The notes beneath the pieces were generated by a model. It saw nothing but the letters and a program-made list of their open reading frames with translations. It made no database searches and was not told where the DNA came from. A stretch of 64,000 bases of DNA from NCBI GenBank assembly GCA_964477095.1, contig CAYZDA010000001.1, positions 75,570 through 139,569 on the forward strand. The letters are read 5' to 3'. Below are positions 29,825-39,630 of this stretch, one piece after another. The stretch's first letter is position 1. Each line of letters starts with the position of its first letter. A program made the position numbers and the translations under genes. The DNA is from an uncultured Bacteroidales bacterium (GTDB lineage Bacteria; Bacteroidota; Bacteroidia; Bacteroidales; PWNQ01).

Positions 29825-30709
29825 TTAAGCTTCCTCTTCCAGGAATTGAACAAAATCCTGTCCCGAGGTCATTTTTTTAATATTTACGGGCAGACTTCTG
29901 GAAAACTCTCTCATCTGCAGCCCGCCAATAAAGATACTTTGCTTAGGGAAGCAGGACGAAAGCTCACGAAGAAATGCCTGTAGTTCATCATCAGGAAGAG
30001 ACGAAGTGATAATACTGAAAATATAATCCGGGCGTCTTATGGCTGACACTTTTACCACATCTGACAGGGGCACACTCTGCCCCAGGTAGATCACACGGTG
30101 GCCATGGGCCTTTACCAGGTATTGATAGAAAAGCAATCCCAGTTCATGCCATTCATTTTCAGGAAGAAACATCATGAACACTTTGCTGTTTTCTTTAGGG
30201 GACACACTGATGCCGTCAATAGCGACAATGAGTTTCTGCCGGATGAGGTTACTTACAAAGTGCTCCTGCGCAGGGTTTATAGAGCCGGTTAGCCATAGCA
30301 CTCCGATTTTGTTGAAGAATGGGTGTATAACTTTAATCAGAGTTTGTTCAAAGCCGATTCGGGTAACAATATGTGCCAGGATGCGCTCAAAGCGGTCTTC
30401 ATCCAGATCAACCATCGCCAGAATCAGGTTCTCAATTACCGAGCGGTGATCATCGTTTTCTTCATTTATCTCAAGTACCCGCTTTTCAATTTCAGAATCA
30501 GACATCCGGGCGATATTCGAGATTTTAAAGCCATTACGATTAAGAATAGAAACATTAAGGATTCTCTTCAGGTCATCATTGGAATAATAGCGAATGTTAG
30601 TATTAGTCCGTTTTGGACTGACAATATTATAGCGCTTTTCCCAAATGCGAATGGTATGTGCTTTGATCCCGGAAAGCTTCTCTAAATCCTTAATGAAGTA
30701 TGTACTCAT
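29825..30709 (-). CDS. MerR-family regulator with a C-terminal B12-binding module (CarH/LitR-type candidate photoreceptor)
   Basis: N-terminal MerR HTH IKDLEKLSGIKAHTIRIWEKRY. Trp139-x9-Glu149-His150 (WLTGSINPAQEH). B12 motif E-x-H-x-x-G at residues 186-191 (EWHELG), then SVPL and IGG. Confidence 0.75.
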   Translation of the reverse strand: MSTYFIKDLEKLSGIKAHTIRIWEKRYNIVSPKRTNTNIRYYSNDDLKRILNVSILNRNGFKISNIARMSDSEIEKRVLEINEENDDHRSVIENLILAMVDLDEDRFERILAHIVTRIGFEQTLIKVIHPFFNKIGVLWLTGSINPAQEHFVSNLIRQKLIVAIDGISVSPKENSKVFMMFLPENEWHELGLLFYQYLVKAHGHRVIYLGQSVPLSDVVKVSAIRRPDYIFSIITSSLPDDELQAFLRELSSCFPKQSIFIGGLQMREFSRSLPVNIKKMTSGQDFVQFLEEEA

Positions 30710-30887
30710 TTGACTAATTCTTCTGGCTGAATCTTAAACAAACGCAACAAAAAAAAGTTTTTTTTTGCTAACAGCAAAGCTTTTGTTGATTTTTTTGTTT
30801 AAAGTTTTACACAATACACTTTATAAAGACATCATTATGCCTTGTAAACTATAAATTAGAATGCACTTTATATATTTTCAAATTTCA

Positions 30888-30895
30888 TATCTTTG
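30888..30895 (+). promoter_or_regulatory. -7 promoter box candidate (TATCTTTG) for the cation exchanger gene
   Basis: Matches TAnnTTTG, 19 nt upstream of the ATG at 30914. Confidence 0.4.
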
Positions 30896-30913
30896 CCGCA
30901 TAAAGCAAAGTCC

Positions 30914-31972
30914 ATGCATTTAGCCTTATATTGCTTATTAGTACTGATTTCTTTTTATCTAATTGCTAAGGTTAGCGATCGCTATTTTATACCGGCCCTT
31001 GATTCTATATCAGGACGGCTCAATATGCGTTCTGATGTTGCAGGGGCAACATTTATGGCTATAGGCTCCAGTGCGCCGGAATTATTTATAGCTCTCATTG
31101 CAGTTTTCCATCCTGGCGGGCATGAAGAAATAGGAATAGGTACCATAGTGGGTTCGGCTCTTTTTAATGTATTGGCTATTATTGGGGCAGTTGCTTTGGT
31201 GCGTAAGGCAATTGTAGCCTGGCAACCTATCCTCAGGGATATTTTCTTTTATTTAATATCGATAGCTCTCCTGGCGTTAGTCTTCTATAATAATAAGATA
31301 TCGCTGTGGGAGGCTCTGATCATGCTTGTGGTTTATGTGGTATATATTTTTGCCGTTATCCATTGGAGTAAGATATTCCCCTATAAGGATGATGCCGTGG
31401 AACTGAAACTGGAAAAGGCCGATGTTGAGATTGTAAAGCGCTACAGGCTTTTCCGGCTGCTGATAAAGCCACTGGATAAACTCCTGGATATTACATTTGC
31501 TTCATCGCGGTTCTACCTGCTGAATTTCATTATCTCCGTTCTGTGGATTGCACTCCTCTCCTGGGGACTGGTTCATAGCGCCATTGAAGTGTCTTTGATT
31601 TTAAATGTACCGGAAGGGATCATTGCTCTTACTGTTTTGGCTGCAGGAACCTCAGTACCTGACCTGTTAGCTTCCGTGTTAGTGGCAAAAAAAGGCCGTG
31701 GAGGTATGGCCATCAGCAATGCATTGGGATCAAATATTTTTGATATCCTTTTGGGATTGGGTATTCCATGGCTGATAGTGATAGTGTTGTTAAAAGATTC
31801 GGTTGAAGTAAGCAGCCAGAACATATTTGTGTCAGTAATGCTGTTGTTTGCTTCAGTGCTGGTTGTTTTTATGCTTCTGATATACCGCCGCTGGAAAATA
31901 GGAAAGCCAACAGGGATCCTCCTGCTGGCCTTATATCTTGCCTACCTCATCTGGCAGGCAATTAGTTTATAA
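30914..31972 (+). CDS. Sodium/calcium exchanger family (CaCA, YrbG-like) membrane protein
   Basis: Start trimmed to MHLALYCLL. Alpha-repeat motifs GSSAPELF and GTSVPDLLAS. Confidence 0.85.
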   Translation: MHLALYCLLVLISFYLIAKVSDRYFIPALDSISGRLNMRSDVAGATFMAIGSSAPELFIALIAVFHPGGHEEIGIGTIVGSALFNVLAIIGAVALVRKAIVAWQPILRDIFFYLISIALLALVFYNNKISLWEALIMLVVYVVYIFAVIHWSKIFPYKDDAVELKLEKADVEIVKRYRLFRLLIKPLDKLLDITFASSRFYLLNFIISVLWIALLSWGLVHSAIEVSLILNVPEGIIALTVLAAGTSVPDLLASVLVAKKGRGGMAISNALGSNIFDILLGLGIPWLIVIVLLKDSVEVSSQNIFVSVMLLFASVLVVFMLLIYRRWKIGKPTGILLLALYLAYLIWQAISL

Positions 31973-31984
31973 AAATCAGTTTAC

Positions 31985-34606
31985 TTATATAAAGCCGGTG
32001 GCTTTATCCAGGGCTCGGTCCAGTCCGCTACTGTCTTTTCCGCCTGCTGTGGCAAAAAATGGCTGTCCGCCGCCACCTCCTTTTATTTCTTTGGCCAGTT
32101 CTTTTACTATGTTTCCGGCATGCAGGCCTTTTTCCTTCACCAATTCGTCCGAGATCATTGCTGTAATGGTCACCTTTCCGCTTGAAGGTTCCTCAGCACC
32201 TATAATGAGGTAAAGGTTGTCCATTTTTTGTTTTAGCCGGAAGGCGATATCTTTTACCATAGCCGTGTCTGTTTGGAGCTTTTTTCTGATAACATTCACG
32301 CCATTAATCTTTTCAGCGCTTTTCTCCAGTTCGGCAACGAGGTTGCTGGTTTGTTGTTTTTTCAATTCCTGAAGTTGCTTTTCTGCATTTTCAAGTTGCT
32401 GTGTGAGAGAGCGTGCGCCCTTCACAGGATCTTTCGGGTTTCGTAAAATATCTTTTACCAGCTTCAGCGTGTCATATTGCTCATAGGCCCAGGCTTCTGC
32501 TTTTTCCGAAGTAACAGCTTCCACACGCCTGATTCCGGCCGCAACAGAAGTTTCAGTAATTATCTTGAAAAGACCAATCTGCCCTGTGGCTGATACATGT
32601 GTGCCACCACACAACTCAATGGAATCGCCAAAACGGATTACCCTCACATTATCTTCATACTTTTCACCAAAGAGTGCGATGGCTCCCATTTGCTGTGCAT
32701 CCTGCATGCTGGTCTTTCTGTGCTCCTCAAGACTGATGTTGGCTCTGATCTTCCTGTTTACAAGCTTTTCAATGCCCCTGATTTCTTCATTATTTAGCTT
32801 CTGAAAGTGAGAAAAATCAAACCTTAAATAATCAGGATGTACCAACGATCCCTTTTGCTCCACATGCTTTCCCAACACCTGGCGCAGAGCATAATGCAAG
32901 AGGTGGGTAGCTGTGTGATTGGCAGCGGTTTCCCTGCGCTTACTGGTACTTACTTCAGCATGTAATGGAATGGAAGTATCCTCGGGGATCTCATCGCAGA
33001 TGTGAATAATAAGCTCATTTTCACGTATTGTATTTCTGACGACAATTTTTTTATCGCCCTGCTTCAGGAATCCCGTGTCACCCACCTGTCCGCCTGCTTC
33101 GGCATAAAATGGAGTTTTGTCCAATACCACCTGGTAAAACCATTTTTTCTTTGCCTGCACCTTACGGTACTTTAGTATCTGTGCTTCGGCCTCCATACTG
33201 TCGTAGCCCACAAAATGTACTTCAGCGCCTTCTTTAACGTTCACCCAATCGCCTGCTTCCTGTGCAGAGGCTTTCCTTGATCGTGTTTTCTGCTTTTCAA
33301 GCTCAGCTTGAAATGCCTTTCCATCTACCGTGAACCCTTTTTCTGAGAGTATGAGGCGGGTGAGGTCAAAAGGAAATCCATAGGTATCATATAAAACGAA
33401 AGCTTCATTGCCGCTGATCATTGTCTTGCCTTGTGCACTGGCTGATTCCATCAGTTTATTAAGCATCTGGATACCGGTTTCCAGTGTGCGCAGGAATGAT
33501 TCCTCCTCTTCTTTCATCACTTTGGTTATCAGGCTTTGCTGAGACTCTGTTTCCGGAAAAACCTCCTTCATCTGTTCCACCAGCAGAGGCACAAATTCAT
33601 ACATAAATGGCTGGCGGAAGTCCAGGAAAGTATATCCGTAACGCACAGCCCGACGCAATATCCTGCGGATAACATAACCTGCCTTTACATTGGAGGGCAG
33701 CTGCCCGTCGGCTATAGCAAATGAAATGGCACGGATATGATCGGATACTACACGCAGCGCAATATCTGTTTTTTCGTCCTCTCCATATCTTTTGCCTGCT
33801 TTTTTAGCAAGTGCACGGATAAGCGGCTGAAAAATATCGGTATCGTAATTGGATTTTTTACCCTGAAGAGCCATGGTCAGTCTTTCAAAGCCCATTCCGG
33901 TATCAACATGCTTTTGAGGAAGATTTATCAACGAACCGTCTGCTTTGCGATTGAACTGGATAAAAACAAGATTCCATATTTCCACAACCAGCGGATGATC
34001 CTTGTTAACCAGTTCACGGCCACTCAATTCTTTTTTCTCTTCTTCTGAACGAAGATCAACATGGATTTCTGAACATGGTCCGCAGGGGCCGGTATCGCCC
34101 ATCTCCCAAAAATTATCTTTCCTGTTACCAAATAATATATGTGACTCATCAGGGATCGTTGCTTTCCAGATGTCAAAAGCTTCCTGATCCGGTCCGGTTT
34201 TATCTTCACTGTCTCCTTCAAAAACTGTTACATATAATGAATCCTGATCCATACCGAAAACCGTGGTGAGGAGTTCCCAGGCCCATTCAATGGCTTCTTT
34301 TTTGAAATAATCACCAAATGACCAGTTGCCCAGCATCTCAAACATGGTATGATGATAAGTGTCATGGCCCACCTCCTCCAGGTCATTATGCTTGCCGCTA
34401 ACTCTTAAACACTTCTGAGTGTCGGCCACGCGTGGATGTGAGGCTTCACGGTTACCGAGAAATATATCTTTAAACTGGTTCATCCCAGCATTGGTGAACA
34501 TGAGGGTTGGGTCATTTTTAATAACCATGGGGGCGGAAGGGACTATCTCATGTCCCCTGGCCCGGAAAAAATCAAAAAATTTTTGCCTGATTTCTTTAGA
34601 CTGCAT
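31985..34606 (-). CDS. alaS: Alanine--tRNA ligase
   Basis: [28 protein letters not shown], editing-domain HTATHLLH and CGGTHV. 873 aa. Confidence 0.97.
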   Translation of the reverse strand: MQSKEIRQKFFDFFRARGHEIVPSAPMVIKNDPTLMFTNAGMNQFKDIFLGNREASHPRVADTQKCLRVSGKHNDLEEVGHDTYHHTMFEMLGNWSFGDYFKKEAIEWAWELLTTVFGMDQDSLYVTVFEGDSEDKTGPDQEAFDIWKATIPDESHILFGNRKDNFWEMGDTGPCGPCSEIHVDLRSEEEKKELSGRELVNKDHPLVVEIWNLVFIQFNRKADGSLINLPQKHVDTGMGFERLTMALQGKKSNYDTDIFQPLIRALAKKAGKRYGEDEKTDIALRVVSDHIRAISFAIADGQLPSNVKAGYVIRRILRRAVRYGYTFLDFRQPFMYEFVPLLVEQMKEVFPETESQQSLITKVMKEEEESFLRTLETGIQMLNKLMESASAQGKTMISGNEAFVLYDTYGFPFDLTRLILSEKGFTVDGKAFQAELEKQKTRSRKASAQEAGDWVNVKEGAEVHFVGYDSMEAEAQILKYRKVQAKKKWFYQVVLDKTPFYAEAGGQVGDTGFLKQGDKKIVVRNTIRENELIIHICDEIPEDTSIPLHAEVSTSKRRETAANHTATHLLHYALRQVLGKHVEQKGSLVHPDYLRFDFSHFQKLNNEEIRGIEKLVNRKIRANISLEEHRKTSMQDAQQMGAIALFGEKYEDNVRVIRFGDSIELCGGTHVSATGQIGLFKIITETSVAAGIRRVEAVTSEKAEAWAYEQYDTLKLVKDILRNPKDPVKGARSLTQQLENAEKQLQELKKQQTSNLVAELEKSAEKINGVNVIRKKLQTDTAMVKDIAFRLKQKMDNLYLIIGAEEPSSGKVTITAMISDELVKEKGLHAGNIVKELAKEIKGGGGGQPFFATAGGKDSSGLDRALDKATGFI

Positions 34607-34700
34607 ATAATTTTTCGGGTTTAACAGAGTTATACTTCTGGTTGTTTTTTTTAGATGGCTGGCTTCTAAGGCCTTTTAACGATCTTTAACAACAACAGCC

Positions 34701-34730
34701 TTGCAAAATTAGTTTATTTAATTAATTTTG
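34701..34730 (+). promoter_or_regulatory. Bacteroidetes-type promoter candidate for the M23 peptidase gene
   Basis: TTG at 34701-34703 and TAATTTTG at 34723-34730, 38 nt upstream of the ATG at 34768. Confidence 0.45.
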
Positions 34731-34767
34731 CGCCCGATCTAAGTAATTTTGGACTGAAAGATATTTT

Positions 34768-35739
34768 ATGGCGGATAAGAAATACAGATTAAATCCCAAC
34801 TCATTAAAACTGGAAGAGGTAAAGGTAACCTGGCGCGACAGGTTAAAGCGTTTTGGCTGGCATACCCTCTCAGGGCTTATGTTTGCCCTGCTGGCTGTTA
34901 TCATCATATTCACCCTGTTTCCTTCACCTAAGGAACGCATGCTGGAACGTGAATTGCAGCATACAAAGCTGAAATACAGGGTTATGAACGAGAGGCTAAA
35001 CCAAATGGAAGAGGTACTGGCTGATCTTGAAAACAGGGATGATAATATTTATCGTGTGATTTTTGAAGCAGAACCTATTTCCGCTGCTCAGCGCAAAGCC
35101 GGATATGGTGGTGCTGACAGATATAAGGAACTGCAGGGATACGAAAGCTCCGAACTGCTGGTACAGACCTCCAAAAGGCTTGACAGGATTTCACGCCGGC
35201 TCTATGTGCAGTCGAAATCTTTTGATGATGTGATTAAAATGGCCAGGAAAAAGGATCAGATGCTGGAATGCATCCCTGCCATTCAGCCTATCAACAATAA
35301 AAACCTTACACGTATCGCCTCAGGTTTCGGCTATCGCATTCATCCGGTGTATAAAACACTGAGAATGCACACCGGGATGGATTTTACTGCTCCCAGAGGA
35401 ACGCCAATCTATGCCACCGGGGATGGCAAAGTGATAAAACCCCGAAGGGGTATGGGAGGCTACGGACTGTACGTTTTGATAGATCATGGTTACGGATATA
35501 AAACCGTGTATGCCCATATGAGCAAAGTGATCGTGAAACCCTGGCAAAAAGTGAAACGCGGAGAAATTATCGGTTATGTTGGGAACACCGGAGTATCTAC
35601 AGGTCCGCATCTTCATTATGAAGTATTGAAAAATGAAAAACCGGTTAACCCTGTTCACTTTTTCTACAACGATCTCACACCCGAAGAATATGAGAAAGTA
35701 ATTGAAATTTCATCACAGGTTAACCAGGCCCTTTCCTGA
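34768..35739 (+). CDS. M23 family metallopeptidase (membrane-anchored, coiled-coil N-terminus)
   Basis: Motifs HTGMDF and GPHLHYE, plus an N-terminal TM helix. Confidence 0.88.
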   Translation: MADKKYRLNPNSLKLEEVKVTWRDRLKRFGWHTLSGLMFALLAVIIIFTLFPSPKERMLERELQHTKLKYRVMNERLNQMEEVLADLENRDDNIYRVIFEAEPISAAQRKAGYGGADRYKELQGYESSELLVQTSKRLDRISRRLYVQSKSFDDVIKMARKKDQMLECIPAIQPINNKNLTRIASGFGYRIHPVYKTLRMHTGMDFTAPRGTPIYATGDGKVIKPRRGMGGYGLYVLIDHGYGYKTVYAHMSKVIVKPWQKVKRGEIIGYVGNTGVSTGPHLHYEVLKNEKPVNPVHFFYNDLTPEEYEKVIEISSQVNQALS

Positions 35740-35771
35740 TGAATTTCCAGAACTTTAAGATATAGTAGTAA

Positions 35772-35806
35772 TGGCCGGATTGCAACGTAATCCGGCCTTA
35801 TTTGTT
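35772..35806 (+). terminator. Rho-independent terminator after the M23 peptidase gene
   Basis: GGCCGGATT (35772-35780) pairs with AATCCGGCC (35788-35796), followed by TTATTTGTTT. Confidence 0.65.
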
Positions 35807-35922
35807 TACTGAGCAGAAATTAGATAGTGGGAATGATGTAAATTAGACAGATGAAACGAGCATGATTGCTTGAAACACATATGAGAATAATCTCCTGTAC
35901 TTTTAAAATTAAATTGAAGCTG

Positions 35923-37185
35923 ATGAAAAAACTCATGATATTGCTGATTCTGGTACCTCTTTTGGCATCGGGCCAGCAGGATACGCTTAGGGTAATGCAT
36001 TATAATCTGCTTAATTACGCAAATGTAACTTCATACTGCACTAACCAGAATAATAATCTGCAAACGAAGGATGATGCTATGCAGGAAATAATGGCATACA
36101 GCAACCCGCATATACTCACCGTGAATGAAATCGGTAGTTCAAACTTTGCCCAGGAACATTTGCTTAATTCAGTGCTGAACTCACAGGGGCGAAACTACTA
36201 TGCCATGGCCAATATCGTGAATGCTTCTGGAGGAACGATTGATAATATGATATACTATGACAGTCGCTACCTGGCACTGGCAGGTCAGGATGTTATTTCT
36301 ACATCAATCCGGGATATAGATGTGTATAAACTGTATTACAAGGCTGATGACCTTGCAACAACGGCTGATACAGCTTTTCTTACCTGCTTTGTAACCCATC
36401 TGAAAGCAGGGAGTTCTGCATCGGATAAACAGTTGCGTTCAGCAATGACTGCAGCTTTAATGAATTACATTGACAATAATATGAGCCCCGGGGATTATCT
36501 GCTGTGCGGGGATCTCAATATACGTTCCTCATCCGAACAATCCTATCAAAACCTTGTAGGCTACAGCGACCCGCAGTTGCGGTTTTATGACCCCATCAGC
36601 ACACCGGGCAGCTGGAATAATAATTCTTCTTATGCAGCAATACATACCCAGTCAACACACTATAGCTCCAATGGTTGTGCCTCAGGCGGCGGTCTGGACG
36701 ACCGGTTTGACTTTATTCTTGCATCCAGGGATATCCTGTATAGTGCCGGGCATTTCAGCATTGAATCCGGAAGCTATCAGGCCATGGGCAATGATGGAAA
36801 ACACTTTAATGATGCCATTAATTATGGTGGCAATAGCAGCGTACCCGCAAATGTACTCAATGCCCTGTATGTTATGTCGGATCATCTCCCGGTATTAATG
36901 AACCTCATTATTGACCAGCAGGCCACAGTTTCAGTTGAATCAACCGGCTTCCGGGCTTTTATCCCTAATCCTGTGGAAAACACACTCAGTATCAAAGTTC
37001 GGGGTGATGAGCAAATCACTCATGTTAATCTGTATTCGCTTACCGGACAACAAGTAATGTCTGCTAAGGTAACCACTTCAGAAAAAGAACTGGATGTATC
37101 CACTCTTCCGGCGGGTATTTATGTCGTGGAAATTCTCGGCAGGAATAATACCTTTGTCAGGCAAAAGATAGTAAAAACAAAATAG
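35923..37185 (+). CDS. Secreted endonuclease/exonuclease/phosphatase (EEP) family protein with a T9SS C-terminal sorting domain
   Basis: Start trimmed to MKKLMILLILVPLLASGQQ. EEP C-terminal motif SDHLPV. The last roughly 75 aa (NPVENTLSIKV...LPAGIYVVEI...QKIVK) look like a Por secretion tail. Confidence 0.75.
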   Translation: MKKLMILLILVPLLASGQQDTLRVMHYNLLNYANVTSYCTNQNNNLQTKDDAMQEIMAYSNPHILTVNEIGSSNFAQEHLLNSVLNSQGRNYYAMANIVNASGGTIDNMIYYDSRYLALAGQDVISTSIRDIDVYKLYYKADDLATTADTAFLTCFVTHLKAGSSASDKQLRSAMTAALMNYIDNNMSPGDYLLCGDLNIRSSSEQSYQNLVGYSDPQLRFYDPISTPGSWNNNSSYAAIHTQSTHYSSNGCASGGGLDDRFDFILASRDILYSAGHFSIESGSYQAMGNDGKHFNDAINYGGNSSVPANVLNALYVMSDHLPVLMNLIIDQQATVSVESTGFRAFIPNPVENTLSIKVRGDEQITHVNLYSLTGQQVMSAKVTTSEKELDVSTLPAGIYVVEILGRNNTFVRQKIVKTK

Positions 37186-37188
37186 AAC

Positions 37189-37953
37189 ATGCCAACAATT
37201 ATAACCTATAATGTGAATGGTATTCGTGCTGCCATCCGGAAGGACCTTATTCCCTGGCTGGCTGCACTAAATCCGGATATCGTCATGCTGCAGGAAACAA
37301 AAGCCATGAAAGAGCAGGTGCCGGTGGAAGAATTCGAAACACTCGGCTATCATCATTACTGGCATTCGGCAGTAAAAAAAGGTTATAGCGGAGTGGCCAT
37401 CCTCACTAAGCAAAAGCCTGACCGGGTGATTAAGGGAATGGGCATAGAGCGTTATGACCGTGAAGGCCGGTTTATCCGGGCCGATTATGGTGATGTATCA
37501 GTAATCAGTGTATATCATCCCTCAGGCACTACCGATGAGCGGCTTCAGTTTAAACTGCGCTGGCTGGATGACTTCCGGGATTACATCGACAGGCTGAAGG
37601 AAGAACGTCCAAAGCTGGTTATCTCGGGCGATTATAATATCTGTCATAAACCTATAGATATTCATGATCCGGTGAGAAATGCTACAGTTTCCGGTTTTCT
37701 CCCTGAAGAGAGGGAATGGTTGGATGGATTTGTGGATTCCGGTTTTACCGACACTTTCCGGGAATTCAACCCGGACCCGCACCATTACACCTGGTGGAGT
37801 TACCGTGCCGGAGCAAGAAAGAAAAACAAAGGCTGGCGTATTGATTACCACATGGTAAGTAATAATCTGAAAAATAAACTGAAAAGAACTGTAATCCTAC
37901 CTGATGCCGTCCATTCAGATCATTGCCCTGTGTTGGTGGATATTGATTTTTAA
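37189..37953 (+). CDS. xth: Exodeoxyribonuclease III
   Basis: Motifs YNVNGIRA, MLQETK, GDYNICH and HSDHCPV. 254 aa. Confidence 0.93.
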   Translation: MPTIITYNVNGIRAAIRKDLIPWLAALNPDIVMLQETKAMKEQVPVEEFETLGYHHYWHSAVKKGYSGVAILTKQKPDRVIKGMGIERYDREGRFIRADYGDVSVISVYHPSGTTDERLQFKLRWLDDFRDYIDRLKEERPKLVISGDYNICHKPIDIHDPVRNATVSGFLPEEREWLDGFVDSGFTDTFREFNPDPHHYTWWSYRAGARKKNKGWRIDYHMVSNNLKNKLKRTVILPDAVHSDHCPVLVDIDF

Positions 37954-38168
37954 CAGCCGTATGTTGGTTACTTTTTTTATTCAGCACATTTATCCTACTC
38001 GTTTAGTGTATTTTTGTTTAATCAAACATAGAAATATTTATAAAAGCAATCATATGTAACGAGCATGACTGGTTTAAACACAAGAGAATGATCCGTCTCA
38101 GGCGGACTTTTGCATGCGAGTTCCCCCGCATAAATAACGGGATACCATTAAAACCAAATTATAGACAG

Positions 38169-39209
38169 ATGAAATTTAACAGGAAGTACCGGAATATGAT
38201 CATCATGTCAGCCCTGGGCATGATCATAATGGCCGGGTGTGTGCCACAAAGGAAATACCAGGATGTAGTTGAGGCCCGTGACCGCTGCCTGGACCAAAAC
38301 AAGCAGCTGCTGATTGAAAACGAAGAGCTCACCAGCAGCCTTCAGGAATATACTGCCAGCCTTGAAAAACATAGGAAAAGGGTTCAGAGCCTGCGTGAGG
38401 ATACAGCTATTCTGTCCACCACCAAAAGAAGGCTAAGTAAAAATTACAATGAATTGTTTGCTTCCTATGAGCAGCTAAAGAAAAACCGCGAGCAGGAACT
38501 TTCCCAAAGCAAGGAAGAAGCTGCACAGATTCTGGCTGATCTTCAGGATACCCAGGAAGATATCCTCCACCAGCGTGACAGCCTGAGGCGTTTGGAGCAG
38601 AGCATAATGGAAAAAGAAAAGAACCTCAAAGAAATGAGCCAGGAATTGTCTGCCGCTCAGGAAGCCATGGCAAGAAAACAACAGCGCCTTAATGAGCTGC
38701 AGGCTGTTCTTGACAGTAAAGATTCAGTGGTTACTGCATTAAAAGACAAGGTTAATGAAGCCTTGCGCGGTTTTGAAGGTGAAGGGCTCACCATTGAAGA
38801 GAGAAATGGTAAAGTGTATGTTTCCATGGAAGAAAAACTGCTCTTTGCTTCGGGTAGCTATAATATAAGTACTCAGGGAAAGAAAGCACTGATAGAACTT
38901 GGCAATGTGCTGGCAAAGAATAAAGATATCAATATTATGGTGGAAGGACATACTGACAGCATTCCTTACGGCGGCAAAGGACAGCTGGAAGATAACTGGG
39001 ACCTCAGCGTGAAAAGAGCTACCACTGTTGTGAGAGTCCTCATGAATAATTCTGATATTGATGGCTCAAGGTTGATTGCTGGCGGACGTAGCAAATTCAT
39101 GCCTATAGCCACTAATGAATCTCGTACCGGACGCGCCACAAACCGCCGCACAGAAATAATCCTCACTCCCAAGCTGAATGAGTTATTCCAGATAATAGAG
39201 ATGAATTGA
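38169..39209 (+). CDS. OmpA-family lipoprotein with a long coiled-coil region
   Basis: Start trimmed to MKFNRKYRNMIIMSALGMIIMAGC (lipobox). C-terminal OmpA motif GHTDSIPY...NWDLSVKRATTVVRVL...NRRTEII. Confidence 0.8.
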   Translation: MKFNRKYRNMIIMSALGMIIMAGCVPQRKYQDVVEARDRCLDQNKQLLIENEELTSSLQEYTASLEKHRKRVQSLREDTAILSTTKRRLSKNYNELFASYEQLKKNREQELSQSKEEAAQILADLQDTQEDILHQRDSLRRLEQSIMEKEKNLKEMSQELSAAQEAMARKQQRLNELQAVLDSKDSVVTALKDKVNEALRGFEGEGLTIEERNGKVYVSMEEKLLFASGSYNISTQGKKALIELGNVLAKNKDINIMVEGHTDSIPYGGKGQLEDNWDLSVKRATTVVRVLMNNSDIDGSRLIAGGRSKFMPIATNESRTGRATNRRTEIILTPKLNELFQIIEMN

Positions 39210-39238
39210 TTACATCTTAATCTGAAAATATATCAAAG

Positions 39239-39270
39239 AAAGTGCACAATTTTTGTGCACTTTTTTTGTT
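39239..39270 (+). terminator. Rho-independent terminator after the OmpA-family gene
   Basis: AAAGTGCACAA (39239-39249) pairs with TTGTGCACTTT (39253-39263) around a 3-nt loop, followed by a T-run. Confidence 0.7.
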
Positions 39271-39630
39271 ATATATAGTGAGCAAAGTTCTTTGTAAATT
39301 TTTTTGGTTTTTTACTAAAAAACACGAATAGCACCACGTGAACATTTTGCGTTTGACCTTGTTTCTAAAATAATCAAACGGAAATCGTTTTTTGATTGGT
39401 GATCGTTTTAAAGCTGCAAGCTTATTTCTTCTCAGTGGGTTTTGGGTTTGTTTTCCTTCTTCACTTTTTCTATCCACGGCTTGCAGCTTTCTTTTTTTCT
39501 TTTTTCAGATTATCCTTTTAAAGTATAGAGTGAATTAGCAGAAGATATCCTGTGTTTTTCAATATCAGGGTTCAGTTCTGTATATTCTGCTTGTTTTTCT
39601 ATTTTTGTTGCTCGCAAAAATCAGAGAACT

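Noticed and set aside
39217-39477. An 86-aa minus-strand ORF in the spacer upstream of yfcC.
   Set aside because: It is a K/R-rich low-complexity translation that spans a terminator hairpin and the 12-bp inverted repeat, with no promoter or motif. The region is better treated as RNA structure.
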